Source: the human T2T-CHM13v2.0 reference genome, Homo sapiens. From it: a stretch of DNA of 64,000 bases. The notes beneath the pieces were generated by a model that did no database searches, had not been told where the DNA came from, and was given only the letters and a program-made list of their open reading frames with translations. How positions within the stretch are numbered: position 1 is the stretch's first letter; each line of letters opens with the position of its first letter. The stretch lies in assembly GCF_009914755.1 (NCBI RefSeq), contig NC_060932.1; one strand, given 5' to 3'. Of the stretch, positions 17,291 through 49,425 are shown in pieces. The translations under genes were made by a program, and so were the position numbers.

Positions 17291-18344
17291 CAACAACACT
17301 TTCATGTAAAACCCATATTGACAATCACAAGGGTAGACACATTGGATTTGAAGTTTTGGTTTGTAATTAGTTACTATTCATGTAAGTAGATCTATATAAT
17401 ATGCTCCCATTTAGGGATTTGCTAATTTAAGTATGATTAGTGATTTTCCAGGGCAAGGCCTTCTCGACCAGCTGTTGGCAAAATGAAAGGACACATTGGC
17501 TCTGCTGTATGAAGGAGAATCACCTCAGTGTATTCTTTTTTCCAGCAACCCAAGAATTATATTGACTTTACTTTTGGGATAGGAGGCTTATTGTTTCATG
17601 GCATCAGGCATGTGTGGGAAGTTGCTGATGACTTCTGGAATCCCAGTAATGATGAAAGCTATATAAATTCTAAGAGTTTAGTGGAAAATTGGGAGATCTA
17701 CACAGGTCAGAGAGAACAGCTGCGATTAGAGCTATTATGTAGATTGATGTTGCAAAGAAGGAACTAAAATTGGCACAGATAGGAGCGTATGAGCACCTTT
17801 GGCTTGCTGATCATTTCAGAGCCTATGGAAATGGGAACTGAATGTTCCTGAATCTGTGGGAATGCAGTTGGTCACTTTCAGACTTTGTGTTGTTTGAAAG
17901 AAAAGAATGTTTCATATTTCATTTGGGAGGCTACATCAATATTGTTTGCAGTTGTTCTCACATAAATGGCATTGAACTTGTTGGTGAGTTTTTAAGACAG
18001 TTTTTGACCGAATAATTTCTAATCTTCCTAGTATTTAGTAAATAAATCCCAATGACTCAGTGTCATGTAAATGAGTAAAATGAAGGTGGTATATGGCAGT
18101 ATATAAGTGATTATGATGGAGAGTTTCCTGAAGGGATTAATTAAATGAAGTTTAGCAGATATAAGTTTTGTGAGTTGCCAGTTGAAGAGATAGGAGACTA
18201 TAGAACTGAAGCTGCAAGATTGTTCAGTTGGTATAAGTCTTACATGGAAAAGTGTGGCCACAAGAAAATCAGAAAAGGCAAGTTTGGCCAGAGAAGATAG
18301 CATGAACTAAAAGTAGCATATAAGAATAAGATGATGATATTAGA

Positions 18345-18697
<353 letters not shown>

Positions 18698-19359
18698 CTA
18701 AGTCCACATTCCATTTTGAGGTTTCTTACCTTTACCCACGTACTACCTCCCTCTTCCTTCCTTCCCCCATATGCATAAATAACAGAAGAGGGATTAGAAG
18801 AGGCAACATTAGAAGTGGCAAGACAGCATAGAAGAAAGAAAACCAAATCAAGAGTAAGAAAACCTGGTTTTAGCATTAGCTGTCTGACTTTAACAAGTTG
18901 CTTCAGACCCAGCAGATTATATTTGGGTTAATTAGGAATTTAACCAGCTAAAAGACAGCTTTTGTTTTGATTTTCTGCCACAGATCTTTGTAAAGCCTAC
19001 AAATTGAATTTGAGAATATAAATGGTCTCCTTTTCCAACTTTGTATCCCTGATCATTGTTAACAAATGCATGTTAAGTCATATTATAGAAACTTGGAACA
19101 CTTTGTATTGTTTTCTTGAGTATAGCTCTGCTGTAATGACTAGGTAGCTGATAAAAGTGTGTTCTGTAAGAACTGAAAATAAAGCCATTGAAACTAGTAT
19201 ATTGACTTACTAACATGTTGAATTTGAGGGGAATGCATAAGTGAAAAGATGTTGTAGGATCCAGAAAGACGGTTAGAGTACAGATACCTAGGCCCCATTC
19301 TCCAAACTTCTCAGTCTGGTGATGGGGCTCAGAAATTATTATTTAAAAAGTAAAAAAGA

Positions 19360-19662
<303 letters not shown>

Positions 19663-19874
19663 ATGATTCTGGTTAAAAGCCAGATTTGGGAATCACACAC
19701 TTGAGTCTACTCATGAGCATCTCTAAGTGCTATCCATCATTTTATTTTAGGAATGTTAGGAAAGCTTTTGTAGCCTTTTGTAGGCTGTGGCAATGGGTCG
19801 GAAAGCTTCTTACTCCCAGAACAGTAGAGCCATGAAATTACAGAATTAGAGGTTCCATTAGAGATTGCCTAACA

Positions 19875-20155
19875 TTCATTTGTTTATGTATCATCTATGG
19901 CTGCTTTTATGCTACAATGGAGGAATTATGTAGTTGCAACAAAGACATATGGGCCAAAAAATAAAAATAAAGAACAAAGATATATGGCCCATAAAACCTA
20001 AAATAGTTTCTGTTTTGTTTTGTTTTTGCTGAGGACTGTTGATGGCAATCAATAAAATATTTTTTTCTGAATTTTATTTTGCCATACACCCTGAATATGT
20101 TTATAAATAAAATATTTTCTATCTGGCTGTTTACAGAAAAAGTTTGCTGACTTTT
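19875..20155. mobile_element. MER58A-like hAT fragments
   Basis: tatggctgcttttatgctacaa and ctggctgtttacagaaaaagtttgctgac; the same motifs recur at 31594-31776 and 43887-44100. Confidence 0.6.
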
Positions 20156-20554
20156 GAGTAGATCATACCTGTCACTTTATAGATGTAGAAATAAGGCTCG
20201 GAGACAATGAGTGAAATATTCTGAGATTACACAGTTAATTGGTGGTCAAATTGCAAACACAGTTTTGTTCTCCTTTTAACTGCTTCCATTCCATTATTTT
20301 TGTTAGAGGGACTGATACCTTGGTGAGATAAGAAAATCTGTGGTACAGAATTTTGCTTATGAATTTTATATATATATATATATAAACACTAGGGATAATC
20401 TATCAACTCTTAGATAACATTGGTGTACAAAAACTTTTTAAATTTAGGTACAGAGGTAGGATTTGATTGTAGTATATATGGTTTCCTGCGTATAAATCTT
20501 TGCACTGATCTGCTAAGCAGTTTGATAATATGATACTTTTTGTTGCCTGTGCAG

Positions 20555-20656
20555 CCAAATGGGCGGACTGTTGAAGTGGCTGAGGGTGAAGCTGTTCGAA
20601 CACCTCAAAGTGTAACAGCAAAGCAGCCACCAGAGATTGACAAGAAAAATGAAAAG
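20555..20656 (+). CDS. MTDH: MTDH exon 2 (102 nt, phase 0/0) PNGRTVEVAEGE...DKKNEK
   Basis: Acceptor gcctgtgcag|CCA, donor AAG|gtaagt; continues the exon 1 frame. Confidence 0.97.
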
Positions 20657-21143
20657 GTAAGTTTGGGAGCATATGAAATTGTATGCAAGACTCTTAATAG
20701 AATGACATATAAGGATAATGCTTTTCTGTTTCATAAGATTGTATGTATACCTCTCATTTAAACAAAACTCAGAAAATCTGAATTAACCATAGTGGATGGG
20801 TGGTAAAAGTTTAACTGAGTTGTTTTTGTTTTTTTAAAGGAAAGTTGCATCACCAAATATTTTAAACATTGCTGTGGCAATACTAAATATTCATTATACC
20901 AAAAACAATTCATTCACAACTTGAACATCTTGTGTAAGTTTTCAGATATATAACATATATACCTTTTATTCAAAAACAGAACTGTGGAATTGTGTTACCT
21001 TTGTTAGTAAGACACATCTAGCATGAAAACCTTAGCAAAATCGTTCAGTGATGTTTAGTGTTGAAATAGATTTCTGTTGTGTTGGAAACATAATTGTCTA
21101 TTTACTAGACATAGATTAACTTCATTTAACAAAAGAAAATGTG

Positions 21144-25629
<4,486 letters not shown>

Positions 25630-26184
25630 GATCTGAATTAATGTAGAAATGTAAAGATTGCTAGTGAGAGAAACAACGGAAACAAAATGTGTAAACTTTT
25701 GTCACCACCAAGTTGTTAGGATGAAGTCAGCGATATCCACTAAACCCTGATATCATTTATTACAAGTATTAATAAGGTCTTAAATTTTTATGATGCTACA
25801 CAATATACAAAATATTTGTACAAAACATTTTCATATCTCTTAATCCTGATGAACAACTCTGAGGACATTATCATTTCTTTTACATAGCTCAATAAAGAGT
25901 TTTGTGAATTGTCCAGGAACACATAGCTGATAAGGAATGCTCCTTCAGTTTCTCTAAGGCAGCAGTTTTTGAAGCATGGTCAGTGAACCCCTAGGAAGGG
26001 ACCCTAGTGACCCTTTCATTAGGTCCCTGAAGGCAAAACTATTTTCATAATAATTAAGACATTATTTTCCTTTTTAACTATGTTGATGCTTGCACTGATG
26101 GTGCAAAAGCGATAATAGGTAAAACTGCTGGCTCCTTATCATGAACCAAGGCAGTGGAACCAAACTTCCACTCATTATATTCTT

Positions 26185-30803
<4,619 letters not shown>

Positions 30804-31062
30804 GTGCCTCAGTCAAAATAATGTGTTGCAGTAAATTGAATACAAACACAGATATATGAATCCAGCTGTCTTAAGGTAGACATTAAAGATATTTGCAGAA
30901 TATAAAATCTGCCACTGTTCTCGCAAATTTTTTTTTGTTTTGAAAAATATATAGGTATCATTATATAACGTATAATTTATGATTATTTTGTTATAAATTA
31001 ATATATCTAAACAATTTCTTAAGTTTGTATGATAGATATAACCCACATAAACAAAGGCTCTT

Positions 31063-37072
<6,010 letters not shown>

Positions 37073-40000
37073 TTATGATGATTTAATCAGATGTTATATA
37101 AATTGATCCAGATAGTGAAATCATCAAGAAGGGGTTTTGAAATAACAATATGTTTATACTTTTGGTATTTAAAATAAAAACTTTGCCTAATTATACTGTG
37201 CCTTGAAATTTTAGCTAATGGTATTCTGAAACTATTCTAATTTAGCAAGATATCTAAGCATTCAGAATGTAAAAACTGGCATTTCTAGTTTTTTTGGAGG
37301 TATTTATTTATGCATTATTCTATATGACAAAATTTTACTGAATTTAATTATAAATGACTGGATGCATTTCTTGAGGGTTTCTTATTTAAATAGAGAAAGA
37401 AATACTATGGGGAAACACTTGTTCCTCTGCCATGGTAATTAGCAAAAAACAATATTACAGCCAATCAAAATGCATTCATTCATTAGCATATACTGTTTGA
37501 TGCAGCATAAAAATGTTGCTAATGATATTAAATAAATTAGTACCAGAGCAAATTTCCCAGCCTGGTAGGGATAATGTACAGATGTTTCTAACATTAAAGC
37601 TTGGGAGTACTTGCTAGATTCTATTTCAGTAATGAAACACATGAAGAACCACTTTTGTGAGCAATTAAAGAGATATCCACAAAGATATATTCTCAACTGT
37701 AAATCACTTATTTAACTTTTTTGAATGTTTGTGGAAAAACTAAACAAAAACCACTGATGGACGGCTTTGACTGGAATTAAAAAAATAAATGGAGAGTTAG
37801 GGAGAGATACCACCATGTGTGAAATTTATTTACTACATTATTTCTAGAAAACTATGATGACAAAAGAGATTAATGCCAGATGGCAAATTGGAAGACCTTC
37901 AAATTACAGTAAGGGTGAAGGTGATAATCATCTTTTATGATGCAAAGATTTTACAAGAGGATTCATTGACTCTATTATAGCAAAATACTTTGATAAAGCT
38001 GAACAACTTTTAAAAGCGAGTCATACATTTTTTCTCCTTTCTCCCTCTTTCTCTCTCTGTTTCCTTTGCTTCCTTCCTTCCTTCTTTTTTTTTTTTTTTT
38101 TTTTTTTTGAGAGAGAGACAGAATTGCTTAGTCACCCAGGCTGGTCTCGAACTCCTGGCCTCAAACAATCCTCCCACCTCAGCCTCCCAATATTTCGGGA
38201 TTACAGGCATGAGCCACCTTGACTGGCCTATTTTTCTTTTATGAAAAATGAAGTGTTCCAAGTCTGTTTATCTTTTTTATAAAGATAAATGGTTGTCTGC
38301 TTACCAGATACTTTTACAAAGAATTTATACTGAATCTGCCCCTTCACGCTTAAGGAAAGCTTACTTAACAAGATGTCAGAAAATAGCCAATTTTTGAAAG
38401 AAACTCATGCAATGAAGAGTGTATTCTGACAAACTTACATCATTGCATGATTTGTTATTAAAGAGCGTTTGTACGTTAGATGTGAAAATCCTCATATCTG
38501 CCCAGCTTGGGAGCAATTTTCTAACAGAAAAATAGCCTAACAGCCCAGATTCCAGAGCACGAGTACATGGGATCCAATTCCAGTTCTAACACTTGACTAA
38601 TGATGTGATTTGGGGGTTGGTTAGTAATCACTTGTGCCTCCCTTTTCTTATCTACAAAATGGATAGAATAGCATTTACCTAGGGTTACTTTGAGAATTTA
38701 AATGGAACTATGTAAGTAATAGCTATAAACCAGATGTAAAATTTTGTCTTTTTAGTGAATTCACTTGTTAAAAATACAAAAAAAAATTATCTCACCCATG
38801 GTAATAACAAGAACAAAATGATGATGATGATAATAGTAATAATAATAATAAAGTAGAAAGTACCAAAAACTGTAGAACTTTCTGATCTACAGTTCAATAC
38901 AGAAACAATGTATTGATGTTAAAGATTAAAATTTACTGGCTGAATTTTCACAAAAACTTTTGCATAGTTGGAGAATTAGGTTGAAAAATTAGTGTCGTAT
39001 TTCAGTAAGCATGGCCAATCATGTGTCTTCCATTTTGATCTTCTTACTTTTTCAAGTATAACAATATTTAATACCAGATATTAAAATGAATGCATTTAGA
39101 AGATATTCGAAAGAATGAAGCATGTGCATTGATATTGCTATCACTAAAAATAGTTATATTTTACAAATGTATACACTATCAGTGTAGTAGAATGTGTATA
39201 AAATTTATAAACAAATATCTTGGGGTATATGCTCAATTTTTTCCCATGGAAGTATGAGAACAACAAGCTTATTTAACCCGCTGTTACAAGAGTGATAGCA
39301 GACCCCTTTATCTGGCATATTTACTCAGGTATTTAAGTGAGTTACCATATGTTCCATATATTGATTAGCAATTGAGTATTGGCACTGCTTATTTACTTAT
39401 TTTGAGTAACTCCTAATAAGATACTAGAATTTTTGGAACTTATTCGTCATAATTTCCTAAGGAATTATCAATCTGTCTTATTCAGTATATATCTTTGGCA
39501 GTTTTAGAAAGTTGTAATGGTGGATCTAATGATTATTTATCAAAGCCTTTTCGTCATCTAGTTTTTTTGTTTGTTCGTTTGAGACAAGGTCTTGCTCTGT
39601 CGCCCAAGCTGGAGTGCAGTGGTGCAATCTTGGCTCACTGCAACCTCGACCTCCTGGGCTCAAGTGATCCTCCCACCTCAGTCTGCCGAGTAGCTAGGAC
39701 TACAGGTGTGCACCACCATGCCCAGCTAATTTTTTATTTTTTGTAGAGACACAGTTTTGCCGTGTTGCCCAGGCTGGTCTCAAACTCCTGGCCTCAATCG
39801 GTCGGCCCACCTCAGCCCCTCCAAAGTGCTGGGATTACAAGCATGTACCACCGCACCCAGCTCATCATCTAGATTTAAAAGAATGGAGCCATTTGCTGTT
39901 CCACGTGCAAATATTGTTTGTAGTCCCAATGAATATGTATTCATTGTCATTTAACTCATTCCTCTTTTAGGAGTGTTATGGTGTGTGTATGTATACATGC

Positions 40001-40971
40001 ACATACATGTGCACACATGCCTATACATGTACTTAACATATAACACAAAGATTTTTTTCTAATGGGACTATACTATAGCCTACTTTGTTGGTAATATCTG
40101 TATTATGTATATGAGATGGAAAGAAGACATAATGTGAAATTTAGTGAAAGCTAATAGGAAAATTAACATACAGATTTTTTGAGATGACTTCTGATACATT
40201 GAGTGATGTCTGTTTTGAATAATTTCAGAGGTTTTGGGTTAAAGGTCGTTAGTTTCATGCAGTATCTGAACCCCTGCTAATTTCAAATGCTAGACAGGCT
40301 TCCTCAAAAGCGTATTTCTATCAGTGCTGATCATGAAGCATTCAAATAAAGGGAAGTAGAGATTCTGTTGAGAATATAATGAAATATCTCTTGTTCTTTT
40401 GCTTTTAAGAAGCTTATTATTAGAAAACTGGGAACACTTTAACACATGGAAAGGTATAGCCATACTGGAAATGTCCCAAGGAAGTTTGTGACAAATGACC
40501 AAATCTTTTTCAGTTTTAAATGTTTTGAGATGCAAGATTATATGTATTTAGGGGAAAGGAAAAGGGGGACAGTGGTAGAGATAAAGCAAATGGAGTGGAA
40601 CGTGAGCTGGGTCAGAAAAAAAAAATGAGTACAGGCCATTTCAGGCATTGAACATCGGTAGGGGAGCAGATGATTCAGGTGCAAAGAAAATCACTCCAGC
40701 ACTTTGTTCTGAGAAAAAATCCACAGTCAGTGCAGCTTGGTTAAAAACAGGAATGTTCAAAGAGGTACCAGTCTTGTAGGAATCAAATGCTCATATGTAT
40801 GAATAAAGGAATGTAAGGTTGAGATCAATTTGTGGAAGACATCATATGTCATGTAAGGAAGTTAGACCTTGTAAAAGGTAGGAAATATCTGCAGCGGTTT
40901 TTTTTTTTAAAGTAAGAATGAAAATTAATTGGATTGATAAGATATATTGGGAAGGAAACTCTTGAAGATAA

Positions 40972-41262
<291 letters not shown>

Positions 41263-41632
41263 TGAGCCACCGTGCCCAGCCAATAAGAATTTTTCCTAAT
41301 GTCTCACTTGCGTGTCATCCTCCTATTAGATGATAGCGCAGTTGCTATCAGTAAAGACTTGTATTTAGTTATGTATACTCGGCTCCTAAAACAGTGTCTG
41401 ACACATAGTAGTTATTTTATAAATCTTGGTTGTATGAAGACCATTTAAGAGAAGACCAGTTTAATTATCCACTCAGTTCTGTGGTGGAGCCTGACAACAA
41501 GTTAGGGAAAAAAGAACTGTGGTAACAAGGAAGCCAGAGCTTTATGCTACCAGCTTCCTTCAAAAGTCTTAGCTAAAGTGGAGCTGCTAAGAAGTAAGAT
41601 GTTTGCTTCAGTAGTATGGCCAGGGCAAATAG

Positions 41633-42007
<375 letters not shown>

Positions 42008-42442
42008 TGACCTCAGGTGATCTGCCTGCCTTGGCCTCCCAAAGTGCTGGGATCACAGGCGTGAGCCACCGCACCTGGCCTTTTGTTAATTACTTTTAAA
42101 GGCAGTAGTAATATCAAATAATATTTAAGCCTAATCTAAGATAATCTTTTTCTACAGATTTTTAGTTACAAATCCCCAGATATTTCCTTGTAAACATAAT
42201 TTCTATTATTTTTTCAAAGTCTCCCTTCTTAAAAAAAAATCTTATTTATATATACTACTTTGTCGTTAACAGACTCTTTTCACCTTTTGTTTTAATTCTT
42301 AAAATAACCTTATATGAGGTTAGTAGGAATTTTTGTCCATATGACGGGTGGGGAACAGGGTTTAGAATGATTTAGCCCAAAGTCACATAGCTAATGTATG
42401 ATTAAATTTGTATTTAGAGTTAAATGTGGGGAGACTAAATAA

Positions 42443-43038
<596 letters not shown>

Positions 43039-43244
43039 TGATTTTTTTTTTTTAAGAGAGAGAATCTCCCTGTGTGTTGCCCTGGCTGGTCTCATACTCC
43101 TGAGCTCAAGTGATCCTCCCACCTCAACCTTCCAAATTGCTGGGATTACAGGTGTAAACCACCGCACTCAGCAATCTTAAACACTTTTTATGGCCTCAGT
43201 TTCTATGTGTAAAATGGGGATACCTACTTTAGTTCCTGTGGACC

Positions 43245-43880
<636 letters not shown>

Positions 43881-43886
43881 TCTAGA

Positions 43887-44100
43887 CCAAGGATAGCAAA
43901 CTCTGACACCCCAAATCCAGACAGATGCCTGTTTTTGTAAATAAAATTTTATTGGAACATAGTCACACCCCTTTGTTTATAAATTGTATGTGGCTGCTTT
44001 CATGCTATATGAGCAGAGTTCTGTGGTTGCTCCAAAACCCTGTGGCTTGCAAAGCCTAACATATTTACTATTTGATCCTTTGCAGAAAAAGTTTGCTGCC
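43887..44100. mobile_element. MER58A-like element
   Basis: cctgtttttgtaaataaaattttattggaaca...gaaaaagtttgctg motifs. Confidence 0.65.
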
Positions 44101-44292
44101 TCTGCTCAACTGTAGTTGACAGATGTTCAATATGTTACCTTTACTTAAGAGCGGCTATGGTAAAGACAAAGACAGAAAGTAGAATCATGGTTGCCAGTGA
44201 GAAAAGAGGAGCTGGGAGTAAACGCTAATCATTACAGAGTTTCTTTTTGGGGATTAAATAATAATTTTGAGGCTGGGAGCAGCTCACGCCTA

Positions 44293-44620
<328 letters not shown>

Positions 44621-44980
44621 TTAAAAGGGTGACTATTATGGTATGTGGATATCTCCACATATCTTTTTTTTTTAAGTGGATATGAGTCTAGTTTAGTACA
44701 TGTAATAAAGCAGTATATTAATTATACATACTGTAATAAAACAGTGTATTAAACATACATGTTAATGATAATGAGAACATGCAGCAAAATGAACAATGCA
44801 AATCAATTATGAGGTCAGTAAAAAAAATTTATTTTTTTAATGTAATCTCTTGTCAAAGACAATTTTTAATCACTTTGAATAGATCATGTCACTTGAGCAT
44901 ATATGCAGGTTTTTTATTGGTAGGAAAAGCAGTTTTCTGTCATTGCTTACTCACTTGCTCAGATTCATTTACTGCCTTTA

Positions 44981-45286
<306 letters not shown>

Positions 45287-45754
45287 TCAATAAATAGCTA
45301 AATAAGTGAATACAAAGTATAAAAATACTATTTTATAAACGTTAATTCTCTTTTGGAAGCACTTATTGAAATACAGAAATTATGGCTTATTTCGTTTTTA
45401 GCAAGCTTTTGAAAGGATAGAATAATATTAGGAGAAGGGAATTGGAATATCATTCGAAAACAGCCATAACTTGTATGCGTATAGGTATTTTATCTGGATT
45501 GAAGTATTAAACATCTGTATACAAATCCTAGGTATTTTCACATTGCTTTGAAACTGACAAAATATTACCTGCTATGTACAATTGACTCATTAATTTGTTA
45601 TACATAGGATACAGCAACAATCTGCTTTATGCAATCCAAAAACTGATAATCACCACATAATTTTTCATCTGAATATGTTGCAATAGGTTTTAATTTTATT
45701 GCTTTGAAAACACCGTATTACAGTACTGTATTTATGACGTAACTTATATTAGCA

Positions 45755-45990
45755 TGATGTGGAAGGGCACAGGCTTTGGAGCCAGACAGACCTAGTTCCT
45801 AATTATGACTTAGTTTACTAACAATATGATGTGGTAACAATTTAGTTAATATTTAACATCTCTAAGTTTTCATTTCCTCATCTCTAAAATGGGACTAATA
45901 CCTTCTCCAGCAAGTTTCTTTTAAGGAATAAATAAGAAAATGAGTACAGAATACTTAACACATAGTAACCACTCACTCAATGGTAACCTC
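45755..45990 (+). mobile_element. MIR SINE
   Basis: ggctttggagccagacagacct...tttcctcatctctaaaatggg core. Other MIR-like pieces near 1-110, 38530-38720, 60065-60325, 61765-62000 and 63270-63490. Confidence 0.65.
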
Positions 45991-46147
45991 ATATGATTAT
46001 TTTTGCCACTTAATATGTTAAGTTTTTTAAATCAAACATTAATTTTTTTTTAGTTGTCAGCATCATACATTTCATTATGTATTTTACTGACTCCTACTTA
46101 TTCAAAAACATAACAAAATATTAAGTAACATTCTATTTTACTTTCAG

Positions 46148-46232
46148 TCAAAGAAAAATAAGAAGAAATCAAAGTCAGATGCTAAAGCAGTGCAAAACAG
46201 TTCACGCCATGATGGAAAGGAAGTTGATGAAG
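46148..46232 (+). CDS. MTDH: MTDH exon 3 (85 nt, phase 0/1) SKKNKKKSKSDAKAVQNSSRHDGKEVDE
   Basis: Acceptor ctttcag|TCA, donor AAG|gtactt; read manually because it is not in the ORF track. Confidence 0.96.
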
Positions 46233-46908
46233 GTACTTGAGCAAGGGAAAGGACTGTAGAAAATTTTTTAATCCTTTTTTATCAAAGTGTATTATATAAA
46301 AGCTGCATTTGTTTTACTTAATTTTGTGTTTAGCTCTTCTTTTTTATTACTGTAGACCTTAATATATAGAGCTGTGACACTGTTAGGAAACGCTTTTGTT
46401 AAGGATCCAGTAGTGCTTTTTCTGAAGGGAACTGCCCTGAAATTTAAAGTCAAGCTCAGTATTTTGAGCAATTAAAAAGTCATTCATCTTGTCTTTGTCT
46501 CCTGGAATTATGGTTTGTTTGTTTTTCCCCCGTGGTTCTTAAATATACCATTTATTATCACCACCTAATAAACCCATTTATTAGTGATTATATATAATAC
46601 TCCTGTCACTTCTACCTAGCAAGATAAAAAAAGATAGACAAGATGACTTATATATATCACTTTTTCTAAACCATAGATGACAGATTTGATAAAAATTACC
46701 AGAATAAATAATAACAGTTGCCTAAAACAACATAATGAAATTAGAAAACATTCTTAGGATGAGTTAATATAATCAACACTCTTGGTTTTAGCTTAACATC
46801 TAAATTTATCATGATATTTTATGTGCTCCACCCCATATTCTCCCCCAAAACTATAACTTTTTTGTCTTCCCCTTACTGAATAACATTTTTTTTCTGGGGC
46901 TATGTCAG

Positions 46909-47085
46909 GAGCCTGGGAAACTAAAATTAGTCACAGAGAGAAACGACAGCAGCGTAAACGTGATAAGGTGCTGACTGATTCTGGTTCATTGGATTCAACT
47001 ATCCCTGGGATAGAAAATACCATCACAGTTACCACCGAGCAACTTACAACCGCATCATTTCCTGTTGGTTCCAAGAAGAATAAAG
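46909..47085 (+). CDS. MTDH: MTDH exon 4 (177 nt, phase 1/1) GAWETKISHREKRQQRKRDK...GSKKNK
   Basis: Acceptor tatgtcag|GA, donor AAG|gtatat; lies within ORF 46902..47171. Confidence 0.96.
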
Positions 47086-48517
47086 GTATATTAGTGGAAC
47101 ATAAGACAGTGGTACATCAAATCAAACTCCTTTTATTCGGATGTACAAAATATCATTATGTCAAAATCTGACTATTTTGAATGCTAACATCATTGTGCTG
47201 ATATACCCTTCTTCATGAGAGTATTGTGAACCATGTATCGGTTTACCGAATACCAGCAGTGTTACTTGTTACGTATTGCCTAATGACTGGCCTATTAAAT
47301 TAAAATTTGCCTTTCTGCCTTGAGTCATATGAGAAAATGATGTTGCCACTTTTCTAGTGCGTATCACTTTGCCCCAACTCCCTTGCATCTCTGTTCCTTA
47401 GAGTGGATAAGACATTTATTAAATGAAATGATTTATCACCATTTTGCATGTTGAGAGCTTTCATTCCAAGATGAATCATGCATGTTCTGGTGAGTGCAGG
47501 TTGTGTCTGGATTTCTTATCACCCCACCTTTTTGAGAATATTATAGATGTTTGATAGAGCTAGACCAGAACTTCAAAGATTGAGCTAATGTTCTTTCTCT
47601 CAAGTATTAATATTTCAGATGTTCATACTATCCAATACTGGTGGCTTCTTGGTAGCCCACTCTTTAAATTACCGTCATTTTTACCCTGGAGACACCAGTC
47701 TGCAAAGTGATACTGTTCAATTTGCTGGAAGGCATTGGCGTATCTTCCTTGTCTTTTTGTTAATGACCTTCCCACCTCCCCACACCTCAGTTGTTTCCAA
47801 ACCATTTTCTTAGCCTTGTTACCTTTTATTTTTTGCTTGATAACTTGGTGGAATTTATTGCCATGGTACAGCAATGACTTCTACTTACCCATTTTCACTG
47901 TTACATATTAGCTATGCTTTAGTATTTTTGTTGATTCTTTTTCGCTGTCTTGTGCATGCCATCCTTGCTAGCACAATCCTATGTCATGCTGGTTTTTTTA
48001 AACATTGTGATCATTATGCTTTTTAGTGTCAGAGAAATAGTATTTTTGTGTTATAATGTGTATTCTCACCTCTTGCCATATTTCCTAAGTCCTGGTCCCA
48101 AATACTGGCAAAGTTCTTCATAAGGTGATGTGTTTGCTTCCAGGATTGTTGAAAAGGCAGCGGGTGTTGTTGAGAGGTGGCAAAGTTGAATCCAATTACA
48201 GAGCCCAATACTGCAGTTCATACTTAAAATAATCTTGATAACTGTTGTAGAATAGCAAACTCTGTCTGTACATAGGCAGTTTTCCAGGTTCTTTTTGGCA
48301 TTTTAGTTGACTAAGAATATGGTAACCAGAAAACTCAGTTCCTTACCAACAAGTGAAATGTGTTGTAAAATTGACTTTTTTCCAGTGGAAGAATTTAGCA
48401 CTTGAAGGAGCAATTTATAATAGATAATAATTAAAAATTAATTTATGTGTTACTCCTAATTTAATGTGCATAGTGCCCTATTTAGTATTAAATAAATTTT
48501 ATTTCTATTTTAACCAG

Positions 48518-48583
48518 GTGATTCTCATCTAAATGTTCAAGTTAGCAACTTTAAATCTGGAAAAGGAGATTCTACACTTCAGG
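48518..48583 (+). CDS. MTDH: MTDH exon 5 (66 nt, phase 1/1) GDSHLNVQVSNFKSGKGDSTLQ
   Basis: Acceptor ttttaaccag|GT, donor AGG|gtgaga; in frame with its neighbours. Confidence 0.95.
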
Positions 48584-49143
48584 GTGAGAGAAATTACATG
48601 TAACTTAAATTGAAGGCCCATCAAAATAGAAATTTATATACATACCTCTTTCCTCAAATGAATGACACAGAAGGAAAGAAAAAAGTCTTAAAATGATTTT
48701 TAATTAATAAAGTAACATAATCACAGTACAGAGATTTTGGAAAATAAATAAAAAGAAAAATCACACCCACTTCTAACGATCTTTGATATGTTCTAGTCTT
48801 TTTCCCCCATATATAAAAACATTCAGTAGTCGCTTATATTGCAACTTTGAACCTTGTCACTTAAGTCAGTAGAGAAGAAAGATTTTTGTTGGGCTTGGGT
48901 TTAATATAGCATATATCGGATAAAATACTTGATGCTTGTATGTTAAAAAAAAAAAAAGCTTTAGTTCCTATAATGTTTTAACTGCTTCCTTGACAGTCAA
49001 GTATCAAATATTTCACAATGGATTATAGGCTAAAGTTTTTCATTGCTTTATAAATAGAAAATATGTTTTATTTACTCATTTATGATAAAGATTGAATTAA
49101 GTAGAGTGTTATGCCTGACCTGAAAACAAAAGTGTTGTAGTAA

Positions 49144-49425
<282 letters not shown>

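Noticed and set aside
17546-17705. Exon-like segment with good acceptor ttctttttttccag and an open phase-0 frame
   Set aside because: The best donor (CAG|gtcaga) gives 160 nt, which shifts the frame, and the peptide is unlike MTDH. It cannot be supported without junction data.
47400-48210. Possible ancient antisense LINE (RTE/L4-like) remnant in intron 4
   Set aside because: Only faint endonuclease-like words (IG-FN, KYG) with unconvincing spacing; a profile search is needed.
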